Shown: in pieces, positions 1-14,290 of the stretch | Numbering within the stretch: the stretch's first letter is position 1 | How the letters are laid out: each line of letters begins with the position of its first letter | Source: an uncultured Chloroflexia bacterium | Lineage (GTDB): Bacteria; Chloroflexota; Limnocylindria; Limnocylindrales; CSP1-4 | Direction of reading: 5' to 3' | Assembly (NCBI GenBank): GCA_963706695.1 | Contig: CAVPNC010000013.1 | Location: 16,348-80,347, forward strand | DNA length: 64,000 bases | Made by a program: the position numbers and the translations under genes | The notes under the pieces: generated by a model | Databases searched by the model: none | Told to the model about the DNA's origin: nothing | Seen by the model: only the letters and a program-made list of their open reading frames with translations

Positions 1-2
1 CC

Positions 3-1988
<1,986 letters not shown>

Positions 1989-2003
1989 GCCACACGGAGA
2001 CGG

Positions 2004-3062
2004 ATGGAGTATCGCGATTACTACGCCACGCTCGGCGTAAGCAAGGACGCCACGCAGGCCGACATCAAGAAGGCCTTTCGTCGCCTTGCCCGCGAGAACC
2101 ATCCCGACGTCAACAAGGGTGATGCCGCCGCCGAGAAGCGCTTCAAGGAGATCAGCGAGGCCAACGAGGTCCTCTCGGATGCCGAGAAGCGCACGGCCTA
2201 CGACCAGCTCGGGGCCAACTGGCAGGCCTACCAGCAGGCCGGGAGCACCGGCGGCGGCAACCCCTTCGCGGGCTACGGCGGCATGGGTGGCTCGGCCGCC
2301 GGCCCAGGGACTCGCTTCGAGTTCCGCGGCACGGCTGAGGACCTGTCCGGCTTCAGCGACTTCTTCCGTACCTTCTTCAGCGGCGGTGGGGCAGGCGGAG
2401 CGAGCGGTGGCGGCCGCAGCCACATCGACATCGACCCGCTCTTCGGCGGCCTCGGCGGGGATAGCGGTGCCGGCTACGCCTCCTCGGGCTTCGGCACCGG
2501 CTCCGCTCGCGGCCGTCGGCCAGCCCCACCGCGAGCGCCCGACGCCAGCGCCGACGCCACCATCAGCCTGGAAGAGGTCGCGCGTGGCACCGAGCGGCAC
2601 CTTGAGGTCGGCGGCAAGACGCTGGAGGTCAGGATCCCCCCGGGCGTACGCGACGGCCAGCGGATCCGCCTCACGGGCAAGGCCGAGGGCGGCGGCAACG
2701 TCTACATCACGGTGCGTGTCAGCAAGCACCCGGTGTTCACGCGTGATGGCGCCGACCTCACCACGGATCTCTCGCTGACCCTGGGTGAGGCGCTGCTGGG
2801 AGCGCAGATCAGCATCCCCACGCTCGCCGGCAAGAAGCTGTTGCTGACCATCCCCGCAGGCACCCAGAACGGCCGCGTCTTCCGGCTCAGCGGCCAGGGA
2901 TTGCCGCGCTTCGGAGCAGAGGGTCGCGGCGACCTGCGCGTGCGCACCAAGGTCGTGCTGCCCACCTTCCTCGACGACGAGGGACGGGAGAAGGCGCAGG
3001 CCTTCATCGACCACATCGAACAGTCCGATCCGCGGCACGAGCCCGGAACCGCAACCCGCTAG
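2004..3062 (+). CDS. cbpA: J-domain co-chaperone, CbpA/class II DnaJ type
   Basis: J domain DYYATLGV...RENHPDVN (HPD), a G/F-rich linker and C-terminal substrate-binding repeats. No CxxCxGxG zinc-finger repeats are present. A GGAG Shine-Dalgarno (SD) sequence lies upstream of the ATG. Confidence 0.88.
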   Translation: MEYRDYYATLGVSKDATQADIKKAFRRLARENHPDVNKGDAAAEKRFKEISEANEVLSDAEKRTAYDQLGANWQAYQQAGSTGGGNPFAGYGGMGGSAAGPGTRFEFRGTAEDLSGFSDFFRTFFSGGGAGGASGGGRSHIDIDPLFGGLGGDSGAGYASSGFGTGSARGRRPAPPRAPDASADATISLEEVARGTERHLEVGGKTLEVRIPPGVRDGQRIRLTGKAEGGGNVYITVRVSKHPVFTRDGADLTTDLSLTLGEALLGAQISIPTLAGKKLLLTIPAGTQNGRVFRLSGQGLPRFGAEGRGDLRVRTKVVLPTFLDDEGREKAQAFIDHIEQSDPRHEPGTATR

Positions 3063-3084
3063 CACGACAGGACGTGTACCCGAC

Positions 3085-5826
<2,742 letters not shown>

Positions 5827-5901
5827 GGCGCCGCGCCACGAGGGCTGCTTCGATGGCACGACCGCGCACGCCAGCCGCTCACCGCAGCCGCTCCGGCCGG
5901 C

Positions 5902-6981
5902 GTGGCTGACGATCCTCGCTGGGCCGGCAGTGAGCCGCGCCTGGTGGAGGTCCTGCGCGAGGAGATCCTGGCCGCGCCGGGGCAGCGCATCACCTTCGCG
6001 CGCTTCATGGAGCGTGCCCTGACCGAGCCTGGGCTGGGCTACTACGCCACGAGCGCGCTGCGGCCCACGCGCTCGGGCGACTTCCTCACCGCGCCGGAGC
6101 TGCACCCGTTCTTCGGTCGCTGCCTGGGCCGGCTGCTGCGGGCAGCCTGGGCAGCATCCGCCTCCTCGCCCTTCCGGGTGCTCGAGTACGGGGGCGGGCG
6201 TGGCACCCTGCGTGACGATGCCACGGACGACCTCGGCTTCCCGGTGGTCTGGACGCGCGCCGACCTGCCCGATCGCAGCGACGACGACGGTGCCCCGGTC
6301 GACCTCGTCGTCGCCAACGAGTACCTCGATGCGCTGCCGGTACATCGCCTGCGCTACGACGGCGAGCTGCAGGAGCTGTGGGTCGGCTGGGAGGCGGGCT
6401 GGTTCCGCGAGGTCCCGGCCGCACCCTCCACGCCCGCCCTGGCCGATCACCTCGAGGCCGACGGCATCGAGCTGCGACAGGGCCAGCGCGCGGAGGTCTG
6501 CCTGGCGACGCCCCGCTGGCTGACCACGGCGGCAGCACGTCTCGTGCCGGGCGGGGCCATCCTGGTCATCGACTATGGGCACGATGCCGCCGAGCTCTAC
6601 GGACCCCGGCGCATGGCCGGCACGCTGCTGACCTATCGCGGCCACGCGGTCGGCGACGACCCCTTCGACGCGGTCGGTCGCGCGGACCTCACCGCCCACG
6701 TCGACATCACCGCCCTCGAGCGTGCGGCCGAGGAGGCCGGGCTGGTGCTCATCGGCACGACCACGCAGGGGCCGTTCCTGGCACGGCTGGGCCTGGGCGA
6801 GCTGCTCGCCGAGCTGGGCCGACGACCCGGCACCGACCCACGGGCCTACCTGGAAGCGCGAGCATCGGTCGCGCGCCTGCTCGATCCACGGCAGCTGGGT
6901 GGCTTCCGCGTGCTGGCCTGGGGCCGACCTGCGGACGACGGCTCGGTGGCCACGCTCCCCGGATTCAGCGATAGCCCCTAG
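5902..6981 (+). CDS. SAM-dependent methyltransferase, MidA/NDUFAF7 (DUF185) family
   Basis: ITFARFME..GYYA, GDFLTAPELHPFFG, LEYGGGRGTL, ANEYLDALPVH, VIDYGH, DLTAHVDI. This pattern is typical of the MidA family. GTG start. Confidence 0.8.
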   Translation: MADDPRWAGSEPRLVEVLREEILAAPGQRITFARFMERALTEPGLGYYATSALRPTRSGDFLTAPELHPFFGRCLGRLLRAAWAASASSPFRVLEYGGGRGTLRDDATDDLGFPVVWTRADLPDRSDDDGAPVDLVVANEYLDALPVHRLRYDGELQELWVGWEAGWFREVPAAPSTPALADHLEADGIELRQGQRAEVCLATPRWLTTAAARLVPGGAILVIDYGHDAAELYGPRRMAGTLLTYRGHAVGDDPFDAVGRADLTAHVDITALERAAEEAGLVLIGTTTQGPFLARLGLGELLAELGRRPGTDPRAYLEARASVARLLDPRQLGGFRVLAWGRPADDGSVATLPGFSDSP

Positions 6982-6990
6982 GCTCTGCGA

Positions 6991-7644
6991 GTGCAAATCG
7001 AGACCGTCCGCCGGCGCCTGACCGAGCTGCCCTCCCCCCTGCCTCCGCCTCGACCGGAGATCGACGCGCACATCCTGCGCGAGGGACCGCTGCCACGCGG
7101 TGCGCGACGAGCACTCGACGGTCCTGTGCGTGACGCGGCAGCGCTGGCCCTGCTCTACCCGGACGCCGCTGGCGAGGCCCACATCGTGCTGCAGGTCCGG
7201 CCCTCCGGCGACCACGTCCACGCCGGCCAGGTGGCCCTGCCCGGCGGCAAGCGCGAACCCGGCGACCAGTTCCCCGAGGGCACGGCCCTGCGCGAAGCGG
7301 CCGAGGAGGTCGGGCTCGACGTCGCCGCGGCCGGCGTCACGACCATGGGCGTGCTCGAGACGGTGGATGTGCGCGTCTCCGGCTTCTGGCTGGTGCCCGT
7401 GCTGGCGGTGGCCGAGCGAACACCGGTCTTCACCGCCGATGCGGCCGAGACAGCGGACATCCTGACCGTTCCCGTGCGCCTCTTCCTGCCTGATGCGCCG
7501 GTCGAGATCGTGGAGGAGGACCGTGACGGCTGGGTCTTGCGCTACGGCTGCTACCCGGTCGCCGGCCACCGCGTGTGGGGCGCCACGGGCCGCGCGATCG
7601 CCCAGCTGGGCGCCGTGCTCGGTCCGGACCCCGACCGCCGCTAG
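6991..7644 (+). CDS. Nudix hydrolase, CoA pyrophosphatase-like
   Basis: Nudix box GGKREPGDQFPEGTALREAAEEVGL, preceded by the NuCoA-like stretch VLQVRPSGDHVHAGQVALPGG. Confidence 0.8.
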   Translation: MQIETVRRRLTELPSPLPPPRPEIDAHILREGPLPRGARRALDGPVRDAAALALLYPDAAGEAHIVLQVRPSGDHVHAGQVALPGGKREPGDQFPEGTALREAAEEVGLDVAAAGVTTMGVLETVDVRVSGFWLVPVLAVAERTPVFTADAAETADILTVPVRLFLPDAPVEIVEEDRDGWVLRYGCYPVAGHRVWGATGRAIAQLGAVLGPDPDRR

Positions 7645-7654
7645 AGCTTGCCGG

Positions 7655-8110
7655 TCACCAGGGCTCGCCTTCGGAGGGGTCGTGCTCCTCGGGCCGGATA
7701 TCGCGATCGGCCAGGCGGCCGCGGGCAGGCGTCAGGTCGGTGACCGCGGGCGGGTCCAGTCGCCGGGCGGCCTCGCCCACGATGGCCGTATCGGGCACCT
7801 CCACGAGGATCGCTCGCATGGTCGACCCGTCGGTCCAGGCCCCGTGAAGCACGCCCGGAGGCCACTCCACGGCTTCGCCGTGGTCGATGGTCGCGCGCTC
7901 GTCTCCGATCTGCACCCAGCCGCCGCCCGCGACCACGATGAAGAGGCCCAGGTCGGGACTGGTCTGGGGCGCGATCAGGGCGCGGTCGGAGAAGGCCAGC
8001 TCGGTGATGCGGGCTCGAGGGTCGGACCAGATGGTCTGGTCGGCAACCCCCTGGGTGCCCTCGCGGGGGCGGGGGCGGCGGAAGCCGGGACCGAAGCGCA
8101 GGACGTCCAC
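7655..8110 (-). CDS. cupin domain protein
   Basis: 151-aa ORF with a cupin-like beta-barrel core (FIVVAGGGWVQIGDE...HGEAVEWPPGVLHGAW). No specific family recognised. Confidence 0.6.
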   Translation of the reverse strand: MDVLRFGPGFRRPRPREGTQGVADQTIWSDPRARITELAFSDRALIAPQTSPDLGLFIVVAGGGWVQIGDERATIDHGEAVEWPPGVLHGAWTDGSTMRAILVEVPDTAIVGEAARRLDPPAVTDLTPARGRLADRDIRPEEHDPSEGEPW

Positions 8111-8127
8111 GTCACTTCAGTGGCGAG

Positions 8128-8592
8128 TCAGCGCCGCTTCTTCTTCTTGGGCTTGGGCTTGGTCTTGGCACGACCCTTGGTCTTGCTGCGGATGGTCGCG
8201 TCAGCAGAGGCGTACTTCTTCTGGGCCAGGTACTGCTCCCGTCGGAGGATGCTGTTGTAGGCCACGATCAGGGGCGGGAAGCGGACCCAGCGGATCCAGA
8301 TCATGGTGCCCACACCCACGACGATCGTGCCCAGCACGAAGACGAAGTAGAAGGAGAAGATGGAGTACACCAGCAGCAGCCCGAAGACCGACAGGCCCGT
8401 CCAGAAGAGCCACTCGTTGAGGTTGAGCAGCGGCGGGTGGGGCTTCAGCCGACGCGTCTGGACGTTGTAGAGCACGATCGTGCCCACGAGGAAGACGAGG
8501 GCCGCGATGGTGAGCGGGTAGAACAGGTCAGGAAAGCTGTCGGGGTTGAACCCGCCCTCGAGGAAGAGCGAGTCAAGGAAGCTCTGGTTCAC
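8128..8592 (-). CDS. small integral membrane protein with a poly-basic C-terminal tail
   Basis: Three to four hydrophobic helices, then KTKGRAKTKPKPKKKKRR. The GTG at 8592 (VNQSFLD...) is preferred; the ORF is open up to 8670, but that part is Arg/Pro-rich and would crowd the purH promoter. Confidence 0.6.
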   Translation of the reverse strand: MNQSFLDSLFLEGGFNPDSFPDLFYPLTIAALVFLVGTIVLYNVQTRRLKPHPPLLNLNEWLFWTGLSVFGLLLVYSIFSFYFVFVLGTIVVGVGTMIWIRWVRFPPLIVAYNSILRREQYLAQKKYASADATIRSKTKGRAKTKPKPKKKKRR

Positions 8593-8711
8593 ATCCGCGA
8601 GAGTAGCAAGGCGGGGCCCGGCTCGCACAGCCGAGGGGCACGTCGTGGATATACTCGGTCTCCCGCGCACGGCCTCTTGGCTCGCGCGGCAACGAGGGAG
8701 GAGAAGGCCGA

Positions 8712-10259
8712 GTGCGAGCCCTGCTCTCGGTCGCAGATCGTGCCGGCATCGCCGATCTGGCGCGCGAGCTGCTTGACCAGGGGATCGAGGTCTATGCCAC
8801 CGAGGGCACGCGCACAGCGCTGTCCGAGGCCGGTGTGGCGGTTTCGCCTGTCACCGAGCTGACCGACATGCCGGCGCTCATCGGCGACCAGGTCAAGACC
8901 TATCACCCCCAGATCTACGCCGGCATCCTGGCCCGCCGGCACCTGCCGGAAGACCTCGAAAGCCTGGCCCAGCACGGCATCGGTGCCATCGACATCGTGG
9001 TCGTGAGCATCCGCCCGTTCGCGCCCCAGGTGGGCCGGCGCGTCGTGGGCATCGACGAGGCGGTGGAGATGATCGACGCGGGCGGTCTCTCGCTGCTCGG
9101 TGCCGCGTCCCGCAACTTCGGGGGAGTGGCCGCGGTCTGCGATCCCGACGACTACCCCCTGCTGCTCGACGAGATCCGTCAGCATGGAGCGGTCTCGGCA
9201 GAGGTCCGCCAGCGCTTCGCGGCCAAGGCCTTCGGCGCGATCGCTGCGTACCAGGGTGAGGTCGCGGCCTACCTCGACCACATCTGCGGGACGCGCTTCC
9301 CGGAGCAGCTGAGCATCGTCCTGCGCAAGGAGCGGGACCTGCCCTACGGTGAGAACCCCCAGCAACGTGGGGCCTTCTACCACGAGACCACGCACCGCTC
9401 GCGCTCCCTCGCCGACGCCGAGCAGGTGCAGGGCCCGGAGCCGACCTTCAACGACCTCGTCGACCTCGACGCCGCCTACCGCATGGCCTCGGACTTCGCC
9501 TCCCCCACCTGTGCCATCGTCAAGCAGCGCACGCCCGTGGGCCTGGCCTCGCACGATGAGACGCTGACGGCCTACCGGCGAGCCCTCGCAGGCGACCCGG
9601 TGACGGCCTACGGCGCGGTCATCGCCTTCAATCGCGAGATCGACGAGGCCATCGCCCGCGAGATCGTGCTCAACCCGTACGAGGGCGTGGCGGCGCCGGC
9701 CTACTCCCAGGGCGCCGTGGCCCTGCTCGCGGGCCGGCCACAGCTGGCCGCCCTCAAGGTGCCGGCCCCACCGACGGATGGCCTCACCGACTACGGCATC
9801 GCGGAGCTCGACTTCCACCGGATCGAGGGTGGCCTGCTGGTCGAGACCAAGGACTCGCTGGACATCGACCACGCGCAGCTCAACGTGGTCACGCGCCGGC
9901 GGCCCACGCTCGAGGAGCTGACCGACCTGATGTTCGCCTGGCGCGCCGTGCGCCACGTGACCAGCCTGGCGGTGGTGGTGGTGAAGGGCGCCCAGCTGGT
10001 GGGCGTCGGGGCCGGACAGCCCAGCCGCCTGACGGCGACGGAGATCGCCCTGCACCGGGCGTCCGACCGAGCGGCGCGCGCCGTCCTGGCGTCTGATGCC
10101 TACTTCCCCTTCGGTGACGCCATCGCGCTGGCGGCCGAACGAGGGGTGACCGCCATCATCCAGCCGGGCGGTTCGATCCGCGATGAGATGGCCGTGGAGA
10201 TCGCCGATCGCCATCACCTGGCCATGGTCTTCACCGGGCGGCGTCACTTCCGCCACTGA
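8712..10259 (+). CDS. purH: bifunctional AICAR transformylase / IMP cyclohydrolase
   Basis: MGS-like N-domain (ALLSVADRAGI..L...GIEVYATEGT) and an AICARFT C-domain ending in IIQPGGSIRD...FTGRRHFRH. GGGAGGAG SD. Confidence 0.95.
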   Translation: MRALLSVADRAGIADLARELLDQGIEVYATEGTRTALSEAGVAVSPVTELTDMPALIGDQVKTYHPQIYAGILARRHLPEDLESLAQHGIGAIDIVVVSIRPFAPQVGRRVVGIDEAVEMIDAGGLSLLGAASRNFGGVAAVCDPDDYPLLLDEIRQHGAVSAEVRQRFAAKAFGAIAAYQGEVAAYLDHICGTRFPEQLSIVLRKERDLPYGENPQQRGAFYHETTHRSRSLADAEQVQGPEPTFNDLVDLDAAYRMASDFASPTCAIVKQRTPVGLASHDETLTAYRRALAGDPVTAYGAVIAFNREIDEAIAREIVLNPYEGVAAPAYSQGAVALLAGRPQLAALKVPAPPTDGLTDYGIAELDFHRIEGGLLVETKDSLDIDHAQLNVVTRRRPTLEELTDLMFAWRAVRHVTSLAVVVVKGAQLVGVGAGQPSRLTATEIALHRASDRAARAVLASDAYFPFGDAIALAAERGVTAIIQPGGSIRDEMAVEIADRHHLAMVFTGRRHFRH

Positions 10260-10307
10260 GCGCACGCTCACCGGCGCAAGTGCAGACGCTGGGCCATACT
10301 CGCCGCC

Positions 10308-11780
10308 GTGAGCCCCCGCCGACGCACCGCCCGCACCGCCCGCCTGGCCTCTTCCCTGATGCTGGCACTGGCGGTGCTGCTGGTCGTGACCATGTCGACC
10401 ACGGCCCAGAGCGAGCCTGCGCGCCAGCCTGACATCGTGGTCATCTACCTCGACGATGTCGACCCCCATGACGCACGCCTGTGGAAGAACCCCAGGCGCA
10501 CGCCCACGCTGGCGGCGATGTTCGCCAAGGCCGGCGTGCAGTTCACCAGCGCGGTCAGCGAGACCCCGCTGTGCAGCCCGGGCCGGGCGGCCACCCTCAC
10601 CGGCCGGCACACCGTCAACCACGGCGTGGCCGAGAACGTGGCCTCGCCTTTCGACCCGCGGGTGACCATCGCCAGCGAGCTCCAGGCCAGCGGCTACCAG
10701 ACGATCTTCGCGGGCAAGTACCTGAACCAGCTGCGTGACGAGGTCAAGCCCCACCAGCTCAAGCGGCACGCCAGGAGCTGGGACGCGTTCGACATCATCT
10801 ACGAGAACAACGGCAAGTTCTTCGACTACACCATGTGGTCACCCGATGGCGGACGTGAGAAGTTCGGTAGCGGCGCATCCGACCACAGCACGCTCGTGAC
10901 CAAGCGCAAGCTGCTGCAGCGGCTCAGGTCGGCGCCTGACGACCAGCCCCTCTTCGCCTTCGCCAGCATCTTCGACCTGCATCAGCCCAACCTGCCGGCG
11001 CAGAAGCACAAGAACGCCAAGAGCTGCCGCCGGATCAAGGCCTGGACCCCGCCCAGCTTCGACGGCAGCGTCAAGGGCAAGCCCAGGTTCGTACGACAGC
11101 GAAGCAAGCCCTCGACACGCTGGTGGGCCGCCAAGATGCAGACCTACTGCGAGGAGATGCTGGCGGTGGAGGAGCTGACGAAGGCCCTGGTGCGTGAGCA
11201 GAAGCGACGCGGTCGGCACGACGAAACGCTGTACATCCTCACGGCCGACAACGGCGTGGCCTGGGGCATCCACCGGCTCCCGCAGCGCAAGGGCGTGCCC
11301 TACGCCACACCCGTCCCGCTCGTCTTCAGCTGGCCTGCCCGCTGGGGCGACGAGGTCGTGGAGATCGATGAGGTCGTAAGCAACATCGACCTCGCACCCA
11401 CGCTCTGTGCCCTCGCCGGCTGTGAGATGGGCCCCTTCAAGGATGGCTCCGATGGGGCCGACGGACTGTCGCTGCTGCCGCTGCTCGAGGGCGAGTCAGA
11501 CAGCCTCGAGCGCACGCTCGTACGCGAGGAACGCAGCGGCCCCTACGCTGACGCACCGCCGTTCGAGGCCATCCGCACCACCGCCCGGCACCCGCTGGGC
11601 CGGTGGCACTACATCGAGTGGGGCACCGGCGAGCGCGAGCTGTACGACTCGAGCGAGGATCCCTGGGAGCTGACCAACCTGGCCGAGGACCAAGCCTACG
11701 CAGCTGTGCTCGAGCAGCTGGCGGCCGACTTGCAGGCTGAGTTCCGGGGCGTGGCGTCGGAGGAGGCCCCCACGACCTAG
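10308..11780 (+). CDS. secreted Cys-type sulfatase
   Basis: N-terminal signal/TM peptide, DIVVIYLDDV and the sulfatase signature CSPGRAATLTGRH (C-x-P-x-R). 490 aa. Confidence 0.85.
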   Translation: MSPRRRTARTARLASSLMLALAVLLVVTMSTTAQSEPARQPDIVVIYLDDVDPHDARLWKNPRRTPTLAAMFAKAGVQFTSAVSETPLCSPGRAATLTGRHTVNHGVAENVASPFDPRVTIASELQASGYQTIFAGKYLNQLRDEVKPHQLKRHARSWDAFDIIYENNGKFFDYTMWSPDGGREKFGSGASDHSTLVTKRKLLQRLRSAPDDQPLFAFASIFDLHQPNLPAQKHKNAKSCRRIKAWTPPSFDGSVKGKPRFVRQRSKPSTRWWAAKMQTYCEEMLAVEELTKALVREQKRRGRHDETLYILTADNGVAWGIHRLPQRKGVPYATPVPLVFSWPARWGDEVVEIDEVVSNIDLAPTLCALAGCEMGPFKDGSDGADGLSLLPLLEGESDSLERTLVREERSGPYADAPPFEAIRTTARHPLGRWHYIEWGTGERELYDSSEDPWELTNLAEDQAYAAVLEQLAADLQAEFRGVASEEAPTT

Positions 11781-11865
11781 CTCGCCGGCGGTGCCTCGGG
11801 CATCAGCGGTGATGGCCTCGGCTGCCTCCTGCTCTCGCGTGCGGTACGCCTCCTGAGGCTGGCCC

Positions 11866-12474
11866 TCAGCCGAGGTCGCGCCAGCGTGCCTGTCGGTCGT
11901 CCCACTCGGCCAGCGGCTCGACGGCGTCCGGGCCCTCGGCGGCCTCGGCCCGCGCACGCATCGCCTCCACGCTCGCGGTCCAGCCCGGCGGCACCAGCTC
12001 CGGGGCCAGGTCAGCCAGTGGCGCCAGCACGAACGAGCGCTCAGCGGCGGAGGCATGCGGCACATCGAGCCACTGGACCCCGCCCCTGCCCGGGTCGTCG
12101 CTGCGCGTCGCCTGCTCGCGCTCCACGTGGATGCGGGCGTCGCCGAAGAGCACCAGGTCCAGGTCGATCTCGCGTGGGCCCCAGCGTTCGCGTGGGACGC
12201 GACCCATCGCGCGCTCCAGGGCCTTGAGCTCTGCCAGCAGGGCCATGGCGCCGTCCGCGGGCGTGACCCCGGCGGGAGCTCGGAGGGCCACGGCCGCGTT
12301 GAGGAAGTCGCCCTGCTCGACCGGCCCCACGGGCCTCGTGCGATACAGCCGTGACACTCCGGCGAGGGCACACCCGGGCAGGGCGGCGAGCGCCGAGATG
12401 GCCCGTTCGAGCGCCTCACGGGGCTCGCCCACGTTGGCGCCGAGCCCGATATAGGCAAGGACGTGCTGCTGCAT
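11866..12474 (-). CDS. folK: 2-amino-4-hydroxy-6-hydroxymethyldihydropteridine pyrophosphokinase
   Basis: AYIGLGANVGEP...LYRTRPVGPVEQGDFLNA...RWGPREIDLDLVLFGD. The ATG at 12474 (MQQHVLAY) is preferred over the ORF-track start at 12516. Confidence 0.88.
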   Translation of the reverse strand: MQQHVLAYIGLGANVGEPREALERAISALAALPGCALAGVSRLYRTRPVGPVEQGDFLNAAVALRAPAGVTPADGAMALLAELKALERAMGRVPRERWGPREIDLDLVLFGDARIHVEREQATRSDDPGRGGVQWLDVPHASAAERSFVLAPLADLAPELVPPGWTASVEAMRARAEAAEGPDAVEPLAEWDDRQARWRDLG

Positions 12475-12597
12475 CGCCGCAGTGTCACATGAAGAACCGC
12501 GGGGCTGCGGTAACATCCACCCGCGCTCGTTGCCTTTCCCGAAGCGCGACTTCGGGCTACGAGCCTTGTCTGAACGAACGGCTCATGAGGAACCGGA

Positions 12598-12957
12598 TTG
12601 ACCGCACCGCTCTGGTACGTGCTCGGCTTCGTCTTCGCGGGGTTCAGCTTCGTGTTCCTCACGATCGGTCTGGCCTGGTTCATCTCGCACCGGCATCGCG
12701 GTGACGAACACAAGGGCCTGCCGTATGAGTCTGGTATCGACACCTACGGCGATACGCGCGGGCGCTTCGGCCTCTCGTTCTACCTCTACGCCCTGCTCTT
12801 CGTGGCCTTCGACATCGAGGTCCTCTTCATCGCCCTCTGGGCGCTCGTCTTCGACGACGTCCTCACCGGAGGCTTCATGGGCATGCTCGTCTTCGTGGGC
12901 ATCATGGAGCTGTCGGTGCTGTACGCCGCCAGGAAAGGCCTGCTGACATGGAAGTGA
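12598..12957 (+). CDS. nuoA: NADH-quinone oxidoreductase subunit A
   Basis: Three TM helices, PYESGIDTYGDTR and FDIEVLFI. TTG start with a GAGGAA SD. First gene of the nuo cluster. Confidence 0.92.
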   Translation: MTAPLWYVLGFVFAGFSFVFLTIGLAWFISHRHRGDEHKGLPYESGIDTYGDTRGRFGLSFYLYALLFVAFDIEVLFIALWALVFDDVLTGGFMGMLVFVGIMELSVLYAARKGLLTWK

Positions 12958-13631
12958 AGCGACCCGGCGGCAAGGATGGCCTGACCACGACGAAGCACAA
13001 GCGCGGCGCCATCGTCCTGCCCAACACCACCTGGACGCCGGCGGACCCAGAGGCCTACAGCGGCGGCCAGCCCGCCACCATCGATCACCTCAAGGAGCTG
13101 GAGTTCGCGGACAAGGGTGACAACGGCCGCTGGGGTGCGCTCGACGTGGTGCCTGCCAATGCGGACCTGCTGCTCGATTACCTCCGCGCCAACAGCCTCT
13201 GGCCGCTGCTCTCGGGGCTCGCCTGCTGCGCCATGGAGATGATGTCGGCCGCGACCGTGGTCAACGACATGGACCGCTTCAACATGTTCCCCTTCCGTGC
13301 CAGCCCACGGCAGGCTGACGTGCTCATCGTGGCGGGCACGCTCACGACCAAGATGGCCGGGCCGCTCATCCGCCTGTGGGAGCAGATGCCGGAGCCCAAG
13401 TGGGTCGTGGCCATGGGTGACTGCACCTGTTCGGGTGGCCGCTACAAGCGCTCCTACGCCACCGTCGAGGGCATCGACCGCATCATGCCCGTCGACGTCT
13501 ACGTGCCTGGCTGTCCTCCCCGCCCGGAAGGACTCATCTACGGGATGATGAAGCTGCAGCAGCTCGTGCTCGAGCGACGCGGCCAGTGGAAGGACCGCAA
13601 GGTCGGCCCCACCGTCCCCGAGGGCGTCTGA
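12948..13631 (+). CDS. nuoB: NADH-quinone oxidoreductase subunit B (N2 cluster subunit), N-terminally extended
   Basis: [10 protein letters not shown] ... MGDCTCSGG ... VPGCPPRPE cluster N2 ligands. Carries a roughly 60-aa N-terminal extension. Confidence 0.95.
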   Translation: MEVKRPGGKDGLTTTKHKRGAIVLPNTTWTPADPEAYSGGQPATIDHLKELEFADKGDNGRWGALDVVPANADLLLDYLRANSLWPLLSGLACCAMEMMSAATVVNDMDRFNMFPFRASPRQADVLIVAGTLTTKMAGPLIRLWEQMPEPKWVVAMGDCTCSGGRYKRSYATVEGIDRIMPVDVYVPGCPPRPEGLIYGMMKLQQLVLERRGQWKDRKVGPTVPEGV

Positions 13632-13660
13632 TCAGAAGGAGTCGAACCACGGACACGCGC

Positions 13661-14290
13661 ATGCTGGCCCAGCTCGATGATCGCCTTGGTGAGCGTCTGG
13701 TCGTGCCTGCCGAAGGGATGGGTGACACCATCGAGCTGGTCGTCCGTCCAGCCGACCTGACGTTCGTCATGCGCACGCTGCGCGAGGATGGCGACCTGCG
13801 CTTCGAGCTGCTGGCTGACCTCTGCGGCGTGGACACCGGTGTGACCATGCAGGTCGTGTACCACCTCTGGTCCCCGCTCTCGGCCGACTGGGTGCGGGTC
13901 ATCGCCGACGGCCTGTCCCGTGATGACCCGCGCGTGCCCTCGGTCACGCAGCTGTGGCCGGGCGCGGAGTGGGCCGAGCGTGAGGCCTACGACATGTTCG
14001 GCATCGAGTTCGAGGGCAACCGCGACCTGCGCCGCATCTACATGCCGCCCGACTACCTGGCCTTCCCGCTGCGCAAGGACTTCGCCATGCCCGATGACGC
14101 CTCGCGCGGTCCGGGTGAAGGCATCCGCCACATGGAGACGCCGGTGACTCCGGCCGACATCCGGGAGCAGCCGGTCATCCGCACCAGCGCCGGTGCTGGT
14201 GCCCTCCTGGGGGCTGACGGGGAGCTGCTGGCTGTCGGCGCCGGAACGCTCGCGGATGAGGCGCTCGAGCGTGGCGAGGAGCCGGCATGA
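13661..14290 (+). CDS. nuoC: NADH-quinone oxidoreductase subunit C (30 kDa)
   Basis: DLCGVD, WPGAEWAEREAYDMFGIEFEGN. The ATG at 13661 is preferred; the track start at 13586 would overlap nuoB by 46 nt. Has a C-terminal Ala/Gly-rich tail. Confidence 0.9.
   Translation: MLAQLDDRLGERLVVPAEGMGDTIELVVRPADLTFVMRTLREDGDLRFELLADLCGVDTGVTMQVVYHLWSPLSADWVRVIADGLSRDDPRVPSVTQLWPGAEWAEREAYDMFGIEFEGNRDLRRIYMPPDYLAFPLRKDFAMPDDASRGPGEGIRHMETPVTPADIREQPVIRTSAGAGALLGADGELLAVGAGTLADEALERGEEPA

Noticed and set aside
8589-10769. 726-aa minus-strand ORF antisense to purH and the sulfatase 5' end.
   Set aside because: It is a shadow ORF opposite a well-supported purH, with no domain signatures.
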